DNA of 58,489 nt from Candidatus Magasanikiibacteriota bacterium (GCA_042218065.1 JBDGRL010000087.1:1-58489); one strand, 5' to 3'; counted from the stretch's first letter, positions 44,141 through 54,513 are shown. The notes: a model not told the origin generated them from the letters alone. Translations and numbers: made by a program.

Positions 44141-46234
44141 TTAAGGATTTTCTTGAGTAGAAGTAGCAGTATTTAGCAAGATCTCATCTCCAGAAATAAC
44201 TATCTCTTCACCGGTTGCAGCATCTGTGGCTTTCACGTTGACCCGGGAGGTTAGATTAGTCTGAGTAGGATCATCCTCTTCTAGAACTACGGCAAAATTC
44301 AAGGTTTGTGTCTTAGATTTTTGTGGTAAACTATCGATATCCCAAGTCAAGTGCTGACTTTCTTCATCAAATTTTGCAGTTCCTGTAGTTACATTCAATG
44401 CATCGTCCATCCATTCTATATCACCAAATACATCAGTTTCCACTCTTATATCCTCTACCTTATGAAAATTATTGTTCAATACCCACGATACATTATGCAC
44501 TTTTTCACCTTCATCATTTTCAGTCACGGTATCTTTTACATTAATACTCAAATCCGAGTTAATAGTAATATTAAACTTGTTTGTAGTTACTGTTTCAATT
44601 TTCCCATCAATTTTATACTTCAAATCAGCTTGTGCTTCTATAGTGTGTTTATCAAACTCAGTTAAATCTATTACTTCACTATCTTTTACAGGCAAGGTAA
44701 AGCTAAAGTCTACTGAATCTCCAGGCTCTATAGTACTTAGCTCAGAAGTAGAATCAGAATTCCAAGTAATAGTCCCTCTTCTAATATCTTCATTTATTTG
44801 ATCTCCTACGATATTTTCAGTACCGACATTTTTTATCTCTCCCCAGTGTAGGATACTTCTTTCGAGAATAGGTTGGCGGTCATTAGATGGTGCATCGAAT
44901 ACTAACTTAACCTGACTCTCTTTGATCGGCTCCTTGCCTTTATTTTCTACCTCTAAGGTTGTATTTAGAGCACCACCCGGACGCACTGAGAAATTATCCA
45001 AAGCACCATTTATAGCTAAGTTAAAACCGACCCCAGTTTTTGACAAAGCTACTTTATAGCTGGATTTAGCAAACAAATATCTTTCAGGATCAATTTTGTT
45101 CTCCACCTTATCTTTTTGGCCTAATATTTCAATCGTGATCTCATTATCCTTGTGTTCTTCTTCATAAACACCACTAAAACTAAACTGTTTTTTGTCTGTT
45201 ATTTTATCTATTTTCCATATATTTTTCGGTGTGTTTGTAGATTTTGGCTCTTTACTAGTAAAACGAAAGCTGTCTGACAACTTTACCCGCAATCTCAAGT
45301 TTTCAACTGGTTCAGGAGAATTATTATTTACATCAATATCCCAACTACCTTTTTCACCTACTGACAACTTATTTGGTCCTTTGACACTTGCCTCTATTGA
45401 TGACTCCGATAGTTTTACATCGTTAGTGGCCACCTTCTGAAAAGGTGAAGAGAAGTTGGCAGGGGTATAGTTGAGGAAAGCACGAAGAGTTTGCTTTTGT
45501 CCTATATCTCCATAAATTTTTCCATAAATATCTATATAGTCAGCACTTACCTCCTGTATAGTTCCTAGATTCCAAGTGTTGTCTCCTTCAGTGGGTTTTG
45601 GCTTAGCTCTATCAAATACAAACCCCTCGGGATAGCGAACGTTTATATTAGCTTTAGAAAGGGGTACATTCTGTCTATTCTGATATTTAATCCTATAGTG
45701 TATATTTTCTCCTATACCAGCCTGCTTCTTTGTTTCAACTGACAAAACTACATTTTCTTCAGAAAACCTATCCTGCGGCTGAAAGAAAAAGAAGCCAAGC
45801 CAAGCTACACCTGCTAGAAACAGCAAGGAAAACAAAAATATTGTAAATGCTCTATACATACTATTAGATTTTTTAGTTTTAAAATTAGACATATCCGGCA
45901 CTTTTCCATCTTTATCTTCATATATCTCTCGAAGTTCTGCATCAATCTCTTCTTTATCTTTTATCCTACTCTCTTCTTCGATCTCTTCGGGTTTGCCCTC
46001 ATCATTCTTCTCTTCAGTCTTTACTTTCTCATCAGAACTACCCTCCTCATCAGCATCAATCTTTTTATCAGAATCATTTTTTTCATCTTCTTTTTTATCA
46101 GGCTCATCTATTTTATTTTTATCATCACTAACCTCCTCTCCATTATCTTCATCTCCAGAAGCGCTTGGCTTATCGTCAAGCGGAGAGTTTAATTCCTTTT
46201 TTTCAAATGAGTGTGAGTGTTCTTCTTCAGACAT
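44141..46234 (-). CDS. Large envelope protein: acidic disordered N-terminus, one TM, repeated beta-sandwich (DUF11/CARDB-like) ectodomain
   Basis: D/E/K-rich first 110 aa and TM FTIFLFSLLFLAGVAWLGFFFF. Repetitive beta-rich modules follow. Confidence 0.5.
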   Translation of the reverse strand: MSEEEHSHSFEKKELNSPLDDKPSASGDEDNGEEVSDDKNKIDEPDKKEDEKNDSDKKIDADEEGSSDEKVKTEEKNDEGKPEEIEEESRIKDKEEIDAELREIYEDKDGKVPDMSNFKTKKSNSMYRAFTIFLFSLLFLAGVAWLGFFFFQPQDRFSEENVVLSVETKKQAGIGENIHYRIKYQNRQNVPLSKANINVRYPEGFVFDRAKPKPTEGDNTWNLGTIQEVSADYIDIYGKIYGDIGQKQTLRAFLNYTPANFSSPFQKVATNDVKLSESSIEASVKGPNKLSVGEKGSWDIDVNNNSPEPVENLRLRVKLSDSFRFTSKEPKSTNTPKNIWKIDKITDKKQFSFSGVYEEEHKDNEITIEILGQKDKVENKIDPERYLFAKSSYKVALSKTGVGFNLAINGALDNFSVRPGGALNTTLEVENKGKEPIKESQVKLVFDAPSNDRQPILERSILHWGEIKNVGTENIVGDQINEDIRRGTITWNSDSTSELSTIEPGDSVDFSFTLPVKDSEVIDLTEFDKHTIEAQADLKYKIDGKIETVTTNKFNITINSDLSINVKDTVTENDEGEKVHNVSWVLNNNFHKVEDIRVETDVFGDIEWMDDALNVTTGTAKFDEESQHLTWDIDSLPQKSKTQTLNFAVVLEEDDPTQTNLTSRVNVKATDAATGEEIVISGDEILLNTATSTQENP

Positions 46235-46240
46235 ACCAAA

Positions 46241-48973
46241 TTATTTATTTTCTAACATAAAACCATAATGAAGATCGGTTTTTAGCGGTTTACTAAAACG
46301 AATCTTTTCTTTTTTAAACCATATATCCTCATCAGACTTCCAGATCGGACGCCAATCTCCTTCCACTACCACCTCTTGTGTAAATGGATAGCTGGTTCCA
46401 GATTGTTTTTGTACCAACATACTATATGACAAATTACTAGAGGTTGAGCCTTCTAAAATAGCATGTTTCCACCGATCTAGATTATTATTAAATTCTTCCT
46501 TCTTTTTGATTTTGAAAGGTAGTTTATACTTGATGTAAGCTCTACTTGTTTGCCCTGGTTTTGTTATCAGCCAGTGACTAAATACAGTTTTTCCGAATTG
46601 CTGATAAATCTTGGTACCACTATCCTGGTCAAACCTTTTCTTTTTTATAGTTTCTTCTAACACAGGATGCTTTTTAGCATGATCTTTTGGTGCTCGAAAA
46701 GCCTTCTCCGGAGGAAACTCAAAGCCTTTTACTTCAACAATCTTACTACCTTGTGGTACATAAGCCCTAACATGAGAAAAATTAACAGAACCATACAGTG
46801 GGTGGTCAGGATCAGCAGTATGTCTTCTATTAATAATCAGTTTATTTACCACCGAACCATCGGATTTGATCTTGGTTTTTAGGTTTAGGCTCTCTTTTAT
46901 TTTGGCATTGGATTTTTGTCCTTGGAGATTTGAGTGAACTACGTGTAAGTAGTCTTGTTTAGTTTTACTAGGTAAAATCTCACCAGTCCAGCCATAAGAA
47001 CGAAGTGTCTCTTGTGTCTCATCATCCTCCATATAAACTTGTATCTGTTTCTGATTTAGGGCTTGATATGCCTCCAAAGCCAAATGAAGCAGGTCTATCT
47101 TACTTCCTGATTTTATTTTGTCCATCAAATTATCAGTAATAGTCGACAAAATCGCTTTTGGCTTCTTGTCACTATTCTTTTCTATCTGCTCCTCTTCCTT
47201 TTGAATTTTTCTAAGGATATTATCTTTTGTCAGAGTCTGGTCGAATTGCTTTTGTTCAATTGGGCCTGTAACCTCCATTACTCGTTTCAGTACATCTGAG
47301 TTCACAGTAATCACACCATCGATAGATGAGCCACGTGCCTCCACATACATATCTTCAATAACCTTAGCCGAAGCAGGCAAATGTGAGAAATAATTAGCAT
47401 CCTGAAACTCCCATTTACTATTAACCATCTGTAAAGGTACTGGCGGTTTTAATGCCATATTCATCTGCCCTTGTAAATCATAAGTACCACCTGAGGGTAT
47501 CTTCCAACTAACTTTTCCTTTCTGAACCTCTACTACAGCGAAACTTCCAGCAAATCCACCCAAGGGTCGCAACTCATTGCTATTTTGAAAAAGCACTATA
47601 TATTTATGATACCCCTCTTGTCCAAATATCAACTGAATAGTATCTATCAAAGAAGATAAATCCTTCATATCACCAATCATAGCAATAAATAGAACCTTGA
47701 AATTCTCACTAACCTGCCTGTATTTTTTCGGAACCTCGTCTTTAGAAACAGTTGCAAATGATCTCAATGCCTGCTCATACTGAGGAATAGCGCTATTTAA
47801 GTGGTTTTGTATTATTTCTAATCTCTCCGTAAGAGGCAAGCTCGTCTTATCTCGAGCATCAGATACCCCCTTCACCAGATAAGTGTTTCCTAATGCCAAA
47901 TGATGCCCCGAAGAAAGCAGATTCTTCCTTGCGGAGATATCATCTCCTATTATTGGGATAACTGAAGCAACATTTACCGCTGTTTGGTAATCTTTTTTAA
48001 TTATAGACTGTGCTTTGTCAAAAGCTCTCAGAGCACTTGATAAATCGTATTTTGCTTTTTCAATATTTGAAGAAAAAATTGCCGCAGAAGAATTCGTCAA
48101 AGCAGAAAAGCCATGGGTTGATTTCTTAACAATACTACGGCTGTCTTGTTTTATTTTATTGTAATAACCAGCTACAGGAAAAGGCAAAAAGAGCACAAGT
48201 AATAAGATCATAACTGCAGAAAAAGCTTTCCTTTTAGTCATATCCTCATAAAAAACTTGCAGTCTATCTTTTTGTTTTTGTGCTTTTTGTCTTATAAATT
48301 CTCCTGGGTCTATTTTTTTCCAATCCACCCCGAAGAAATATCCATCTTGGTTTCTATTTTTCTTTGAGGACGCTGGGCTAGTACCCTTTTCTTTTGTTTT
48401 ATTAACTTGTGAGCTTTTGGCATCCAGAGTACTCTTTATGCTAAAATCTTGACTAAAGCTAAAGACAGACTTTACCTTGCTAAACAGTCGATTTATTTTC
48501 TTTGAAAAACTCTCTAATGCCGGCTGAATAGAAACAGAACTATAAGAACCTACAGGACCGGCCTCGGTTGGCTTTTCAGGAGTATTTTTTTGTGTGGACG
48601 TATCAGGTAAATCACTTTGCTTAAGACCCTCCTCAGTTGAGTTTAAATTAACACTAGAAGGGTTGTCATGTCTCATACGAATATCTTCTTCTCGGTGAAG
48701 CGACTTATCATTTGCCTCACGGACCATCTCAGCAAAATCTACTACTTTCCTTTCTCTTTGTTGTTTCAGCTTTTCTCTAAAAGCCTGAATTTCTTCTAAT
48801 CCCGGTTCTTCCTCTTTTAGGTTGATCACATGCGGAGAACTTTTTGTGTCTTCTGCTTTTACAAAAACAGGTTCTGGCTCAAAGGTGTTTTTTTGCTCTG
48901 TTGTATCTTCCTCTGATTTCTTTTTTTTCTCAGAAGATGAGTTTTGTTGTGTGTCCTCGGTATTGTCGGACAT
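46241..48973 (-). CDS. Large membrane-anchored DUF4012-like envelope protein
   Basis: TM is AVMILLLVLFLPFPVAGYY. LFQNSNELRPLGGFAGSFAVVEV resembles the DUF4012 core motif. Confidence 0.5.
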   Translation of the reverse strand: MSDNTEDTQQNSSSEKKKKSEEDTTEQKNTFEPEPVFVKAEDTKSSPHVINLKEEEPGLEEIQAFREKLKQQRERKVVDFAEMVREANDKSLHREEDIRMRHDNPSSVNLNSTEEGLKQSDLPDTSTQKNTPEKPTEAGPVGSYSSVSIQPALESFSKKINRLFSKVKSVFSFSQDFSIKSTLDAKSSQVNKTKEKGTSPASSKKNRNQDGYFFGVDWKKIDPGEFIRQKAQKQKDRLQVFYEDMTKRKAFSAVMILLLVLFLPFPVAGYYNKIKQDSRSIVKKSTHGFSALTNSSAAIFSSNIEKAKYDLSSALRAFDKAQSIIKKDYQTAVNVASVIPIIGDDISARKNLLSSGHHLALGNTYLVKGVSDARDKTSLPLTERLEIIQNHLNSAIPQYEQALRSFATVSKDEVPKKYRQVSENFKVLFIAMIGDMKDLSSLIDTIQLIFGQEGYHKYIVLFQNSNELRPLGGFAGSFAVVEVQKGKVSWKIPSGGTYDLQGQMNMALKPPVPLQMVNSKWEFQDANYFSHLPASAKVIEDMYVEARGSSIDGVITVNSDVLKRVMEVTGPIEQKQFDQTLTKDNILRKIQKEEEQIEKNSDKKPKAILSTITDNLMDKIKSGSKIDLLHLALEAYQALNQKQIQVYMEDDETQETLRSYGWTGEILPSKTKQDYLHVVHSNLQGQKSNAKIKESLNLKTKIKSDGSVVNKLIINRRHTADPDHPLYGSVNFSHVRAYVPQGSKIVEVKGFEFPPEKAFRAPKDHAKKHPVLEETIKKKRFDQDSGTKIYQQFGKTVFSHWLITKPGQTSRAYIKYKLPFKIKKKEEFNNNLDRWKHAILEGSTSSNLSYSMLVQKQSGTSYPFTQEVVVEGDWRPIWKSDEDIWFKKEKIRFSKPLKTDLHYGFMLENK

Positions 48974-49127
48974 TCAAATGTAATAAATAAAAAGGTAATC
49001 AATTGCTTATTTATTATACCACAATCACCGAGGGAGTATAATTTTTGTAAAGTTATATGGATCTAGAAGTTAGTTATTTTTCGAGAGGTTATTAAGAATT
49101 CAATGGCTATAAAATTTGAGGATTATT

Positions 49128-50267
49128 TTAGTTATTTTTATAAACTTCTAATGTATCCTTAGCTAGCTCTTGCCAAGAATAATTATCCAGCAAGGAGTCA
49201 ACCTGTTTTAGTTTTTCTTTTCTCAGCTCTTCATTTTCCAATACAGTTTCTATATCTTTAGAAAATTTATTCGGGTTTGTAGTGTCGGTATATATACCTA
49301 CATCTCCAAGCACTTCCGGGATCGATGCTTTCTTAGAGGTTAAAACCGGAGTTTGTTCTCTAAGTGACTCAAGTAGCGGCAGCCCAAATCCTTCATAAAG
49401 ACTAGGAAACACAAACAGCGCCGCATTATCGTAAAGTGATATTAGTTCTGCATTTGAAACCTTTCCGATATATTTTACATCAGGAGCTTTCTGAAACAGT
49501 TCAGAATTTGTAAGTTTGCTATAAAAATAATCCTTCTTGCCGGCTAGAATTAATTGATACTTTTTTTGTTTATTTTTGTCTGTATCTTCTTTTTTGAATA
49601 TCTTCCACGCCTTAAGTAGATTCTTTAGGTTTTTGTGGGGATAGGCGGATCCTACGTAAAAAACGAAAGGCTTATCGACACCGAATTTAGACTCTAAACT
49701 AGAAAAATCCTCAGAGCTATCCTCTGTAGAAAAAGGTGCTTGATAAGTCACTGAAATTTTATCTTCAGAAATATGAAAATTATCTAAAACGTCCTCTTTA
49801 GTAAACTTAGATGGAGTTATAACTGCTTTGGAATTTGCAACTGCTTTTTTTACTACATATCTATGAATTTTATCTTTTAGCCAATATTTTACCCGCCCGT
49901 GGGTGGTAGCTTCTGGTCTTGGAAAATGAAACATTATCAAGTCATGGATAGTCACCACAAAATCACCACTATAAAAAACAGGTATGTTCCAGTGAGGAAA
50001 GTGAACTAAATCAGGATCAACTTTATTAATTATTTTAGGCATTTTTATTTGCTCGGCAGTACCATACCAATACACATCTGCTTCAATCTTATTGAAATTC
50101 TCTCGGTCTGGTTCAAACTCACCCCAGTTTTCCTGCTTCATAAATAAAAAAAACTCCATACTTCCAGGAGCTTCTGATTCTAAATTTTTAACTAATTGTT
50201 GGATATAGCGCCCGATGCCAAAATTAGAGCTCATCATACGGGCGTCTATTGCTATTTTTTTCTTCAT
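49128..50267 (-). CDS. GT4-family (GT-B) glycosyltransferase
   Basis: C-terminal EGFGLPLLESL (E-x7-E region) and YVGSAYPHKN. Confidence 0.8.
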   Translation of the reverse strand: MKKKIAIDARMMSSNFGIGRYIQQLVKNLESEAPGSMEFFLFMKQENWGEFEPDRENFNKIEADVYWYGTAEQIKMPKIINKVDPDLVHFPHWNIPVFYSGDFVVTIHDLIMFHFPRPEATTHGRVKYWLKDKIHRYVVKKAVANSKAVITPSKFTKEDVLDNFHISEDKISVTYQAPFSTEDSSEDFSSLESKFGVDKPFVFYVGSAYPHKNLKNLLKAWKIFKKEDTDKNKQKKYQLILAGKKDYFYSKLTNSELFQKAPDVKYIGKVSNAELISLYDNAALFVFPSLYEGFGLPLLESLREQTPVLTSKKASIPEVLGDVGIYTDTTNPNKFSKDIETVLENEELRKEKLKQVDSLLDNYSWQELAKDTLEVYKNN

Positions 50268-50317
50268 ATTAAGATATTATTTTGGGGGTCGATCGTAACG
50301 AACGACCCCACTACTCC

Positions 50318-50581
50318 TTAACGTATTTCCTCCATTACCTCAAACATACTCTTTTCTTGAAATTTCAACAACTGCATTACCCAAAACGGGCATCTGCCGG
50401 GAAAAATAATAATATTATGATGAACTGTACTCATTCCTCTATTTCTTTCAGTTAAATACCTAAGACCGGGCGCCTCCTTTTCTATCTTTTGAATATTTTG
50501 AGGAACTTCACTTAACTTATAAACATCCACCTCTGAAAAGTAGAAGCTCTCACAGAAAATAGCTATTACTATCTTTTTCAT
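50318..50581 (-). CDS. Small hypothetical protein
   Basis: The start was set to the ATG after AAGGAAGGTGAG. No motif recognised. Confidence 0.3.
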   Translation of the reverse strand: MKKIVIAIFCESFYFSEVDVYKLSEVPQNIQKIEKEAPGLRYLTERNRGMSTVHHNIIIFPGRCPFWVMQLLKFQEKSMFEVMEEIR

Positions 50582-50682
50582 CTCACCTTCCTTGGCTGAA
50601 GGAAACAAACAAACTCAGTTAATTTCTACCATATTTAATTAAAGAAATCAAATCTACTTTTAAAAAATCAACCTTCTCAGCC

Positions 50683-53600
50683 CTAATCAGACAGTAAATC
50701 TTCCTCAAATTCTTTAATACCCTTAATATCTTCCGAATAAGAAGAAATATCAGGAAAATCAAGATTTTGCACTTTATCATAAATCACCTGAGCTAAATCT
50801 CTAACACGCTGAAAATCATTTTTATCAATATCAAGCTGTAAGTTTTTAATTTCATCGTCTTCAGGTTCTAGAAATTCTAACTCACCAGTCTGCACCTTAA
50901 ATTCTCCACCAAATTTACGAGAATTTTCTACCAAAATTTTATAGAAAATAAGCTGATTCTTATACCGCCAAGCTTTTATTTTGTTGTATCCGCCCCGAGG
51001 GTCCCAACTATCCAGCGGTGTTCCGGTCTTAAAATCATAAACTCTTATTTTGGAACCTTCTCTTTGTTCCATTTTGTCTATTTTACCACGCAGATGAGCG
51101 TTATCCAGTACTACCCCCTGATTACCAAACTGGAACTCAATCCAGTGATCGGAATCAAACTCGTCTTTCTTTTGTTTATAAAAAGCACTTAACGCATCCC
51201 TGCCTTTTTCCAGTAGATCTTTAAAGTCATCCTTTATTAACTCTTCCTTCTCTAGTTCCTGCTTAAAATATTCCAATAGATTATCTTGTGTAGGCAGCTC
51301 ACCTTGCTGTTTAAAATTACTATAAAAAACTTGAAGTGCGCCGTGCATGGCTGAGCCAAATTTTGCCGGCTTAGACTTTGGCTGGGGAAACCGCAATAAA
51401 TTCTTCTCTAAAAACTCCTTTGGACCCCCTTCCGCTACATTTAAAAAATTATTAAAGTGGGTTACACTCAACTTATAGTTTTCTAATACATCACTCAGTA
51501 GCGCTTTCTCTTCTGATTCAAGCTCAAAGTTTTTATTTATACCGATTTCTTGTTCAAGCACATTCTTGGTCTTTGGGATATCTTCTATCAGTTCTTGCTT
51601 AGAACGCTTAATTTCCTCCTCTTCTAAGCCTTCTCCAGTCTCAGATTTCTCCCCGTCCTCATTTAAAAATCTCAATCTTGGGGACTCAGCACCGTTATCT
51701 TTATACTTATAATAAGTCATGTATACATTCTCTTTAGCACGCGTTATAGCTACATAAAATAGTCTCAACCTATCATCTATAGTATCTGAGCTGGGCTCCA
51801 AAGGTAGATTTTTCGGCAACGGCAAAGCACTAGACCAGTTTATCCCTGTCCATTCTTTATCCTGACAACTAACTACAAATACAGTATTAAACTCTAACCC
51901 TTTAGCCTTGTGCACACTAAGAAGATTTACAGCATCATCAGCAGTTGAGTAAGGACTATTATCAGTAAGTTCAATTTTGTTTTTTTGATGAAGATCTACG
52001 TACTCAATTACATCAGAAACCTCCAGGGTTTTTTCCTGCTTAAAATTCTTCACTCCATCAATAAACTCCTTCAAATTAGACAACAAATTCACATATTCTT
52101 CCTTTTGGTTGCTAAACTGATCTTGAGAAAAATAATATTCCTTGAAAGGAGAACGAAAGTTTGTTTTTCCTTCTTTAGTATCGATTTCTAAAGTTTCTGA
52201 ACCTATAATCTTACTCAATATCTTATCTGCAGTAATTTCATTTGCTTTTGCCCCTAATTCAAGTAGAAAATTAGCTATATTTCTAATTTTTTCATGGTCG
52301 CTATCGAGCATAACCTCCAACCATGGTTTCCAGCTCTTATCGCCTTTCGGGTCTCGCGCTTGAAGTGATATATCCCAGATATCGGACCGGCGTAATTGCC
52401 AAAAATCAAAGCTTAAAATTTCAGGTAAATACTCTTCTGCCTCAGATCTGTCTTGTCGGAATAAAGTATCAACAAACCTTAAAATAGTAATAATTTGCTG
52501 TATATGTTTTTTTTCAAATACATTTTCCTTCTTTTCATAGGAGATAGGGATAGAGTAGGATCTAAGTATATTTGCTATTTTTTGTAAAGTCTTATGCCGC
52601 CTCGTAATTACTGCAATCTCAGAAGGGTTTTCTCCTTCTTCAATTCTACTTTTTATCTCTCTGGCAACCCAGTCAAACTCGTGCAACTGGGTCTTCTCTT
52701 CGTGAGCCATAATCAAACCCTCTTCTCTTTTTGGGTGAGCTGACTCAAGGTCTTTATTAATATCATCCAATTTATTCTCCAATCTATTTTCTCCTTTTAA
52801 TATAACATCTCTAGCTTGCTCTAATACCTCAGGTGCAGATCTGTAACTTTTTTGCAAAGTAATTATCTCAGGTTCTACATAATCTTTACTAAAATCAAGT
52901 ATATTGTCTATATTAGCACCTTGAAATTTAAAAATGGACTGATCATCATCACCAACCGCCATGATATTTGGTCGCCCATCTGACATCTCCATATCGATTA
53001 TATTATCAATAAGACGCATCTGCGCATCATTTGTATCCTGAAACTCATCTATTAAGAAGTATAAATATCTCTCCTTTAAATTAGCACGCAGCTCAGGCTC
53101 CTCTTCTAAGGTATGAACAACATCTAAAATCATATCATCAAAGTCATACAAGTTTCTCTCTCTTAGTTTGTTTTGATATTTCCTATATACATCTACCAAA
53201 GCATAAAGTTTTTCTTTTCTGGTATAACTTTTGATTACATAATTTCCTTGCCCATCTTTTTCTAGATAATTATTACGCCAGTTTGTAACTGGTTTTGTGG
53301 TCTCATTTTCAACAGCATCTACATAAGCCTCTTCCAAAGTCAAAAGTAAAACATCTTTTAATGGTTCGATCTGAGGTACATCCAAATCCGCCATTTCAAT
53401 CTCTCTTATATGCTCTAAATACCCAGGTATCTCATCTCTTATACTCTTACTCATACGACCTGAAAATAACTCAGTAAAAATAGAGTTAGCATCTCTAGCA
53501 AAGCTTTCATTGTGCTCTAAAACTTGCTGAAGTTCTTCTGGATTTAGCCCGGATTTTTTTAGATTAGTAATATGATTGTCTACTGAAGAAAGATACACAA

Positions 53601-54039
53601 ATTCTCCTCCAGGACGCACGGTGCTTAAAGGGTTATCATGACTCATATTTGCAAAAATATCCTGCAGTATCTCAGTCTTAGCTAAGTCATCAGCCGGATC
53701 TCTCCGAGCACCTTCGTGAAAAAACTCCGGATACTGTTGGATAACCTCCGAACCAAAACCATGAAATGTATGAATAGCTACATCATAGGCCACCTCACCT
53801 ACCAACTCTGATAGGCGTTGTCTCATATTTACAGCAGCAGCCTCAGTAAATGTTAAACATAAAATGGAACTTGCGGGTGCATCTGTCTGTCTTAAAATAT
53901 TTGCCACTCTCATACTTAAAATCTCCGTTTTGCCTGATCCCGGACCAGCAAGAACGAGTACAGGGCCCTCTATAGTGTCTACAGCTTTTTTTTGCTGTTT
54001 ATTTAAACGGTTATAATGTTTTTTAAAAGTTTGATTCAT
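50683..54039 (-). CDS. UvrD-type helicase fused to a C-terminal PD-(D/E)XK nuclease (AddA/PcrA-like)
   Basis: VLAGPGSGKTE, TFTEAAAVNM, IDEFQDTND, YRS, VHKAKGLEF. The C-terminal motif is GKIDKME ... VYDFKTG. Confidence 0.85.
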   Translation of the reverse strand: MNQTFKKHYNRLNKQQKKAVDTIEGPVLVLAGPGSGKTEILSMRVANILRQTDAPASSILCLTFTEAAAVNMRQRLSELVGEVAYDVAIHTFHGFGSEVIQQYPEFFHEGARRDPADDLAKTEILQDIFANMSHDNPLSTVRPGGEFVYLSSVDNHITNLKKSGLNPEELQQVLEHNESFARDANSIFTELFSGRMSKSIRDEIPGYLEHIREIEMADLDVPQIEPLKDVLLLTLEEAYVDAVENETTKPVTNWRNNYLEKDGQGNYVIKSYTRKEKLYALVDVYRKYQNKLRERNLYDFDDMILDVVHTLEEEPELRANLKERYLYFLIDEFQDTNDAQMRLIDNIIDMEMSDGRPNIMAVGDDDQSIFKFQGANIDNILDFSKDYVEPEIITLQKSYRSAPEVLEQARDVILKGENRLENKLDDINKDLESAHPKREEGLIMAHEEKTQLHEFDWVAREIKSRIEEGENPSEIAVITRRHKTLQKIANILRSYSIPISYEKKENVFEKKHIQQIITILRFVDTLFRQDRSEAEEYLPEILSFDFWQLRRSDIWDISLQARDPKGDKSWKPWLEVMLDSDHEKIRNIANFLLELGAKANEITADKILSKIIGSETLEIDTKEGKTNFRSPFKEYYFSQDQFSNQKEEYVNLLSNLKEFIDGVKNFKQEKTLEVSDVIEYVDLHQKNKIELTDNSPYSTADDAVNLLSVHKAKGLEFNTVFVVSCQDKEWTGINWSSALPLPKNLPLEPSSDTIDDRLRLFYVAITRAKENVYMTYYKYKDNGAESPRLRFLNEDGEKSETGEGLEEEEIKRSKQELIEDIPKTKNVLEQEIGINKNFELESEEKALLSDVLENYKLSVTHFNNFLNVAEGGPKEFLEKNLLRFPQPKSKPAKFGSAMHGALQVFYSNFKQQGELPTQDNLLEYFKQELEKEELIKDDFKDLLEKGRDALSAFYKQKKDEFDSDHWIEFQFGNQGVVLDNAHLRGKIDKMEQREGSKIRVYDFKTGTPLDSWDPRGGYNKIKAWRYKNQLIFYKILVENSRKFGGEFKVQTGELEFLEPEDDEIKNLQLDIDKNDFQRVRDLAQVIYDKVQNLDFPDISSYSEDIKGIKEFEEDLLSD

Positions 54040-54222
54040 TTTTAGCTCTTTTCTGGAAAATCTTAATGAAATAAAATTAAGTTCAAGCTAAAAGCTAGTT
54101 TAACATAAGTCAATAACCCAGTAAAAGTTATCAATTATTATTTTGGCTTGATGTAATAAAATTATTTTGCTACTCTTTAACCTCATCTCGGCAATAGAAG
54201 ATACCCAAACAAAAGGAGAAAG

Positions 54223-54513
54223 ATGAAGAAAGCCGTTACAGTAGCATTACTTCTGATTTTATACCCTAACTTAAAAGCACAAGAGGGAAATAATATACAG
54301 CAGTGCCAAAGTAAAAGAAGTAAAAAAAGAGTTTGTTCAAGTAAAAAGCCTGAACCTAACCATTGCAATAACGGTAGAAAAGATGAAAAAGAAATTGACA
54401 TAGATTGCGGAGGCAAATGTCCTCCATGCGAAATCGGCAAAAAGTGCAAAAAAGACAGAAACTGCAAGAGCAGAAACTGTAAGCAGGGACAATGTAGGGC
54501 CCCCGGATGTTGA
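54223..54513 (+). CDS. Small secreted Cys-rich protein
   Basis: Signal peptide MKKAVTVALLLILYPNLKA and a GGAGAAAG SD. The C-terminus DIDCGGKCPPCEIGKKCKKDRNCKSRNCKQGQCRAPGC carries 9 Cys. Confidence 0.6.
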   Translation: MKKAVTVALLLILYPNLKAQEGNNIQQCQSKRSKKRVCSSKKPEPNHCNNGRKDEKEIDIDCGGKCPPCEIGKKCKKDRNCKSRNCKQGQCRAPGC

